This document shows, one piece after another, positions 58,975 through 64,000 of a stretch of 64,000 nt of DNA (its first letter is position 1; each line of letters begins with the position of its first letter). Source of the stretch: Bdellovibrionales bacterium (GTDB lineage Bacteria; Bdellovibrionota; Bdellovibrionia; Bdellovibrionales; UBA1609); NCBI GenBank assembly GCA_965199825.1, contig OZ241329.1, positions 1,664,001 to 1,728,000 on the forward strand, given 5' to 3'. The translations under genes and the position numbers were made by a program. The notes under the pieces were generated by a model. The model did no database searches and was not told the DNA's origin. It saw only the letters and a program-made list of their open reading frames with translations.

Positions 58975-60998
58975 AGCAACCGATATTCATTCGTGTATTT
59001 AAAGACGATAAACTTGAAGGCATAAAGCAGTTTCAGTCGCCACAAATTGTGATCGGTGCAAACGCCGAAGCCCAAGTCATTATTGAGGGTAAAACTGTTG
59101 GTCCACTTCATGCGGTGATCGAGATGCGTGACAGTGGTTATTACATTTCTGACTTAGGCTCTGAATCGGGCACCAGAAAAAATGGGCAAGTGATTCTTGA
59201 TGATAAACTCGAATCGGGCGATGAAATTCAGATTGACCAATTTCGTCTGCAATTTTTTATCGGAATCCCTAAGCCTGTGAGCGTTCCTCAACCTGTGAGT
59301 GTTACTCAGCCTGTGAGTGTTCCTCAGACTGTTGCGGCTCCAGAACAACAAGTTGCAACTCCACCACAAAAAATTGAGCCCGCTCCGGAAGTTCAAAGTG
59401 CACCAAAGCAAACAGTTACCGAACCCGTAAAAGAACAAGAGACGCCACAAAAAGTGGTGCATCCTCAAACGGTAAAAAAGGTAAGTGTTCCTTTTAAAGA
59501 TTCACCAAAGACATTTGCTCCACCAAGCGAAATCAAAGATCTCAAACAAATTTTGTCGAGCAGTCGTGGAAAAGTTGTTGAGGTTGTGGTCGCGTGGAAA
59601 GAGCGGATTTTATCAAGCCATCATTTTTCTAGCCGAGGCGAAATTACCATTGGTTCTGATTCTTCGGCTGATATTGCGCTTGGAATTTTGGGTCGCAAAA
59701 CCGCATTTCCGTTGATCAAAATTGGCACAGGGGCAACCATCCGGATCACCGGGCAAATGACTGGTGAATTGTTTAAAGATCAAACCCAATCCACACCGGT
59801 CCATGAACTGATGAAGCAAAATCGGTTGCGGGGTCAGGGAAATATATTTGAGTTGGATCTCAACCAGGGCGAAATCGTCCGGCTGGGTTTTGTTGAAGAT
59901 TTGGTTTCGGTTTACATTCGCTACGTCAACGAAACACCAAAACCAACTGTTGCCCCACTCTTTGATCTTACCGCATCAGAATTTACGGGAGTGTTGCTCG
60001 CATTTATTGTTGCAGGAACCATTGGTCTTTACATGATGGTGTATGCTCCACAAAATCTTCCCGAGGACGAAGCCAAAACCGAAGAAGTGATTCGGATTGC
60101 TACAGTCAAATTTGATCCGCCCAAAAAGCCGCCACATAAAGAAGAAAAAACTCCTGAGCTTCCACCACAGCCCAAACACATGGTGAAGGTGGCAGAAAAG
60201 CAGCAGGCCGCAATGACCCCAAAACCCGCAGCGCAAGCAGCACCCGATCCTGGTAAAGCAGCCGAAGTCGCGCCTAAGGAAACCACCGATAAACAAAAAA
60301 AGTTGACCTCGGCAAAACCAGGCGGAGCGATTAAAACTGCACCCAAAGAGGGTGCAAATATGAAATCTGAAAAAGTGGATCCCACCAAGGTTGGACTCTT
60401 AAGTGTGTTTGGTTCAAAGGGTGCACAAACCAAACTTGATAAAGCCTACTCGGGCAGTGGAGAGCTTCAAGGCCTTGCCGATTCGGCTTCAGGTTATGCG
60501 GGCAGCAACGAAGATCGCAAAGGCGAGGGCTTTGGCACAAAATTAAAAGAGACCGGTGCTGGCGGTAAAGGGACCGCAACTGTTGGTATCGCAGGTGTCG
60601 GCACCAAAGGAAAAGGTGCGGGCAATTTTGGTTACGGTTCGGGTGGCCTCGGCAATAAAGGTAATGTTGGAATTAACCTTGAGGGTCAGGTCAGTGATTT
60701 CAAAGGCACTATGGATCGTGAGGCCATTCGTCGAGTTATTTTAGATAACAAACATACGATTCAAAATTGTTATAATATGCAATTGAACCGCGATGCCGAG
60801 CTTTACGGAAAAGTGACAATAGAATGGACCATCACCGAAGGTGGCCGGGTTAAAAACGCAACCGTAAAAGGCAATACAGTGGCTAATGCTGAAGTTGCAA
60901 ACTGCATCGTTAGAAATTTAAAAAATTGGAAATTTCCTGATCCGCCGCCAGATACGGAAGGACAGGTTTCGTTTCCATTCGTTTTCACGTCACAATAA
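58971..60998 (+). CDS. gltG: GltG/PglI-like protein: degenerate FHA, TM, Pro/Gly-rich linker, TonB-like C-terminus
   Basis: DLGS..GT..NG FHA, TM at about aa 338-358, Gly-rich region, I..CY...L......GKV...W.I...G.V, W.FP.P, V.FPF.F. Confidence 0.8.
   Translation: MKQPIFIRVFKDDKLEGIKQFQSPQIVIGANAEAQVIIEGKTVGPLHAVIEMRDSGYYISDLGSESGTRKNGQVILDDKLESGDEIQIDQFRLQFFIGIPKPVSVPQPVSVTQPVSVPQTVAAPEQQVATPPQKIEPAPEVQSAPKQTVTEPVKEQETPQKVVHPQTVKKVSVPFKDSPKTFAPPSEIKDLKQILSSSRGKVVEVVVAWKERILSSHHFSSRGEITIGSDSSADIALGILGRKTAFPLIKIGTGATIRITGQMTGELFKDQTQSTPVHELMKQNRLRGQGNIFELDLNQGEIVRLGFVEDLVSVYIRYVNETPKPTVAPLFDLTASEFTGVLLAFIVAGTIGLYMMVYAPQNLPEDEAKTEEVIRIATVKFDPPKKPPHKEEKTPELPPQPKHMVKVAEKQQAAMTPKPAAQAAPDPGKAAEVAPKETTDKQKKLTSAKPGGAIKTAPKEGANMKSEKVDPTKVGLLSVFGSKGAQTKLDKAYSGSGELQGLADSASGYAGSNEDRKGEGFGTKLKETGAGGKGTATVGIAGVGTKGKGAGNFGYGSGGLGNKGNVGINLEGQVSDFKGTMDREAIRRVILDNKHTIQNCYNMQLNRDAELYGKVTIEWTITEGGRVKNATVKGNTVANAEVANCIVRNLKNWKFPDPPPDTEGQVSFPFVFTSQ
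59274..59327 (+). repeat. Three-copy 18-bp tandem repeat in the gltG linker (PVSVPQ/PVSVTQ/PVSVPQ)
   Basis: CCTGTGAGCGTTCCTCAA, CCTGTGAGTGTTACTCAG, CCTGTGAGTGTTCCTCAG. Confidence 0.9.
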
Positions 60999-61015
60999 AG
61001 GGGAGGATTTTAAAA

Positions 61016-61735
61016 GTGGAACCAACAGTACCGTTACAACAAGCAGCGCAGATGGCGCCTCAAGTGGTCGAAGTGGCAAATCGTTGCGCCGGCTATGGAA
61101 ATTTTGTCGCATCTGCATTTTGTAAGGGCGGCTCGATCATGTATTTGATCGCAACCGTGGCTTTACTTGTTTTATTTTTAATCATCGAGCGACTGATGAG
61201 TCTTCAGCGTTTGACTGTAGATAAAGCAAACCTAAACGAAAATCTGTTTAGTATGATTCTTCGTGGGGACATCAAGCAGGCCATCGCATTTTGTGATTCT
61301 CGCCCGGTTCCTTTGACCAACACTTTAAAAGCAGGTCTTGTTCAAGCTTTAAACAAACGCCCAGATGAAGAAGTTCAAGTGGCAATGGATGCAGCAGTTT
61401 TAAGAGAGACTCCGCGTCTCGAGGGTTGGACCGCATTTTTGGCCGTGTTTGGAAACGTCGGCGTACTGATTGGTCTTATGGGAACAATCATAGGTCTGAT
61501 CACATCTTTTGCTGGGGTGTCTGAGGCAGATGCGGCTACTAAAGCGCAGCGACTCTCACAAGGTATCGCAGAAGCGCTGAACTGTACCGCTTTTGGTTTG
61601 TTAGTGGCGATCGTTGCAATTGTGGCTTACGGATTTTTTCAGATTCGTATTGGGCGCGCGATCAACGATATGCTTGAGAGCAGTATGAACATCATGAACT
61701 TGGTCTGTGCAAATCGCGATAAAATGAAAGACTAA
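61016..61735 (+). CDS. aglR: MotA/TolQ/ExbB-family motor subunit (AglR-like)
   Basis: LIGLMGTIIGLI.SF, LSQGIAEALNCTAFGL.VAI. Confidence 0.8.
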   Translation: MEPTVPLQQAAQMAPQVVEVANRCAGYGNFVASAFCKGGSIMYLIATVALLVLFLIIERLMSLQRLTVDKANLNENLFSMILRGDIKQAIAFCDSRPVPLTNTLKAGLVQALNKRPDEEVQVAMDAAVLRETPRLEGWTAFLAVFGNVGVLIGLMGTIIGLITSFAGVSEADAATKAQRLSQGIAEALNCTAFGLLVAIVAIVAYGFFQIRIGRAINDMLESSMNIMNLVCANRDKMKD

Positions 61736-61737
61736 AT

Positions 61738-62211
61738 ATGGCGCATATAGATGAAGGTGGTTCAGATGATAGGTCCGTATCAGTCGAGGTAAACCTCGTT
61801 CCGTTTATCGATTTGATGAGCGTCTGTATTATCTTTCTCTTGATCACTGCGGTTTGGACCCAAGTGTCGATGATCCAAATCGGAAGTTCTATTTACGGAA
61901 AAAAATCTTCTGATGAAACTCCCATCCCACCACCCCGAGCAGAAATCCCCTTTAAGCTCGATGTGAAGTCGGATGGGTACACCGTGATCGTTGGCCGTCA
62001 GAATCTTCCGATCCCAAAGATCAACGGGGGTTATGATGATACCCGTTTGCTCGTTGAACTTAAAAAAGTAAAACAAATGTACCCGGAAAAAGGCGACGCT
62101 GTGGTGACAATGCAAGATGCACTTCCCTATGGAGAATTGATTAAGGGAATGGATGCACTTCTCACCGCGGGCTTTCCCGAAATTTCTGTTGCCACAGCAG
62201 GAGCACCCTAA
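61738..62211 (+). CDS. aglQ: ExbD/TolR-family motor subunit (AglQ-like)
   Basis: EVNLVPFIDLM with TM Asp; PYG.LI..MD. Confidence 0.72.
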   Translation: MAHIDEGGSDDRSVSVEVNLVPFIDLMSVCIIFLLITAVWTQVSMIQIGSSIYGKKSSDETPIPPPRAEIPFKLDVKSDGYTVIVGRQNLPIPKINGGYDDTRLLVELKKVKQMYPEKGDAVVTMQDALPYGELIKGMDALLTAGFPEISVATAGAP

Positions 62212-62801
62212 TGCCTATTCATGTTCCAGGTCGACGCGGACGTGGTCACCGATCAAAAAAACCGGTTAAAAGAAAAGCAGTAGCGGTCTTACAATTAACC
62301 GCGATGGTCGATATGTTTACGGTGCTGACCGTTTTCTTGCTCCAAAATTACGCCTCAACAGGTGAGGTGATCAACATTCCAAAAGGTGTTCATCTTCCCA
62401 ATGCGGCGACGGTTAAAATCTTAAAACCCTCAAACGTTGTTGTTGTTTCAAGAGAGGCGATCACATTTAACAATGTGGCAATAGCGACTTATGGTCCCGT
62501 CCATGATCAAGAAGATTGGATGATTAATCCTCTCAAAGACCAAGTCGAAAAGATGATCAAAGACGGCGAGAGCGCTCAACAAACTCTTGGTAACCGCATC
62601 ACCAAAGCGGTCACCGATGCCAAAACTGCCGGCACACCAAAAGAAGCCGACATTGCAACTTATCGTAAAATCACCATCCAAGCCGATAAGGATGTGGATT
62701 TTTTAACGGTTAAAAAAGTGATGTACACCGTGACCGAGTCGGGTGTGTACGAAATTAATTTTGCGGTGATCAAGCGGCCCGATAAACCGGTTGCCAATTA
62801 A
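62211..62801 (+). CDS. aglS: Second ExbD/TolR-family subunit (AglS-like)
   Basis: LTAMVDMFTVL.VFLL, IQADK.V.F..VKKVMYT. Confidence 0.72.
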   Translation: MPIHVPGRRGRGHRSKKPVKRKAVAVLQLTAMVDMFTVLTVFLLQNYASTGEVINIPKGVHLPNAATVKILKPSNVVVVSREAITFNNVAIATYGPVHDQEDWMINPLKDQVEKMIKDGESAQQTLGNRITKAVTDAKTAGTPKEADIATYRKITIQADKDVDFLTVKKVMYTVTESGVYEINFAVIKRPDKPVAN

Positions 62802-63248
62802 TTAGGGGCCAGAGTCTGGATCGAACTCATTATGAATCGCCAAAATTTTGTAGCTCCCCTTTGAGGGCTCAAGCTCAAACCAGGTATTCAGACTTTCTAC
62901 GTGATTCAGATCATTGATATCAAATTGGGCAAAGATTCTTTTTTTGAATTGATAAACCGCTAGGTCTTGAATCTTTATTTTGGTGGGATCCACAGCCCGA
63001 CTTGCGCTCACATTTTTGTTTGCCTCAAATAGTTCCAACATCTGCGAAGTGGTTACTTTTTTAAGTAAATTGAGATCATTATTTCTGGTTGCAACGATAA
63101 AGTCTTTGAGTGTGCCTCTGATTTGTTCCAGGTGGGGGACAGTGGTTGTGATGTCGGTCGCATAAATGCTTAAGTAGCGCTTCGAGACTTGTTCGGCCTC
63201 ACAAGCGAGTGAAATGAGCAGCAATCCAACCAAAATTTTAGCGACCAT
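62802..63248 (-). CDS. Small exported protein or lipoprotein of unknown function
   Basis: Signal MVAKILVGLLLISLAC; overlaps the amidase stop by 11 nt. Confidence 0.7.
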   Translation of the reverse strand: MVAKILVGLLLISLACEAEQVSKRYLSIYATDITTTVPHLEQIRGTLKDFIVATRNNDLNLLKKVTTSQMLELFEANKNVSASRAVDPTKIKIQDLAVYQFKKRIFAQFDINDLNHVESLNTWFELEPSKGSYKILAIHNEFDPDSGP

Positions 63249-64000
63249 GAATCACCTTATTGTGAATGTCTCCAGGAATAAGACTACATCCAATACCGGG
63301 ACATGTGGTTTTACAACCGGCATGCCCTTTTTTTCCTTTATTGATTTCGGCGCAGTTGCCAATGGTTTCGTCGACCAAACCGGTCTTTGGATGAACACAA
63401 CCAAAGGCACGGGCGCGGGCCTCTTTGTGACTAATTAAATTTTTGATTGATGGGCACTCACTTTTTAATTGCGCAACCAACTCGACAACTTTGGCAATGG
63501 CGCCGGGCTGTGGGGGATTGGGTCCAAGCAAAAAGGGCGTATTGGGCTCTTCTGTTTCAGAATTGTAATCGCCCACGATCATTATTCCTAAAGCGCCTTC
63601 ATTCGCCCCCGGACCAACGTGCGCTCCAAGCATCCATTTGCAATTCTTGTCTTTGACTCGCTCTCTACCTTCGTACACCTGCCACTGGCCCGAATCATTT
63701 TTTGAAATGATAAAGTGGTAACCTATATCGGCCCACTCGTTATTTCCCTTATGGTAGCCGAGCACTTGTGCGGGACCAATGGGCTTACCCGGACTGCGAT
63801 AAAATGGCCCGTCGCTATGATGAAGCACCAATGTGGTGGGTGATTCATCCATCGGAAACACACACATCGGTTCGGGTCTGTCTTTTTCCATCTTTTGCAT
63901 TTGCTCAATCAGTTTATCAGATGCGGCCTCGTCCGATTTGCTGCAATAAGCCCGGCGTTCAGCAATCCGTAATTTATCGATCTGTTGAACATAATCTTTA
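63238..64000 (-). CDS. N-acetylmuramoyl-L-alanine amidase (Amidase_2/PGRP-like), 5'-truncated by the window edge
   Basis: LVLHHS, DIGYHFII, YEGR, GAHV, SHKE, TCPG; frame stays open from 63900 to the edge (KDYVQQIDKLR...). Confidence 0.88.
   Translation of the reverse strand, partial: KDYVQQIDKLRIAERRAYCSKSDEAASDKLIEQMQKMEKDRPEPMCVFPMDESPTTLVLHHSDGPFYRSPGKPIGPAQVLGYHKGNNEWADIGYHFIISKNDSGQWQVYEGRERVKDKNCKWMLGAHVGPGANEGALGIMIVGDYNSETEEPNTPFLLGPNPPQPGAIAKVVELVAQLKSECPSIKNLISHKEARARAFGCVHPKTGLVDETIGNCAEINKGKKGHAGCKTTCPGIGCSLIPGDIHNKVIHGR

Noticed and set aside
1..64000. CRISPR arrays, tRNA/rRNA genes, prophage, integrase or defence systems
   Set aside because: No spaced repeats, RNA-gene signatures or hallmark proteins seen; intergenic spaces are too short for most of these

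Overview
This is a gene-dense chromosomal segment, almost certainly from a Bdellovibrionota (Bdellovibrio-like predator) genome. The assignment rests on a DgcB-like FHA-GGDEF gene next to pgi, a complete Agl/Glt gliding-motility cluster and many Bdellovibrio-type hypotheticals. The backbone runs rfaE kinase, BON/general-stress/CsbD operon, rlmN-pfkB-coiled coil-GGDEF-metallophosphoesterase-pgi-dgcB, PilZ, PIN-PhoH, orphan TadA/CpaF, eno, ftsB, polA, fliL, FHA-sigma54 activator, engB-kdsB-pyrG-kdsD and gltABC-gltD/E-gltF-gltG-aglRQS, ending in a truncated peptidoglycan amidase. There are two accessory blocks. The first (about 14.8-17.7 kb) encodes exported dynamin-like GTPase and kinase-like proteins. 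The second (about 22.0-39.8 kb, between eno and ftsB) carries exported GNAT-like and unknown proteins, argCJBFR/argGH with ARG boxes, an outer-membrane barrel plus two giant paralogous lipoproteins, and a LivK-like binding protein. The most interesting signals are: (1) Sec-exported proteins with cytoplasm-type enzyme folds that share a short terminal C-x-x-[ILA]-[LMN] tag, possibly prey-delivered effectors; (2) a barrel plus two ~1,140-aa paralogous lipoproteins with candidate pore-forming beta-hairpins; (3) a Hypr-type (Asp>Ser) GGDEF in one operon with DgcB, a metallophosphoesterase and a candidate FHA-ligand protein; (4) an arginine biosynthesis island lacking argD. No rRNA, tRNA, CRISPR array, prophage or intact IS element was recognised. 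All calls come from reading motifs by eye; no searches were run.
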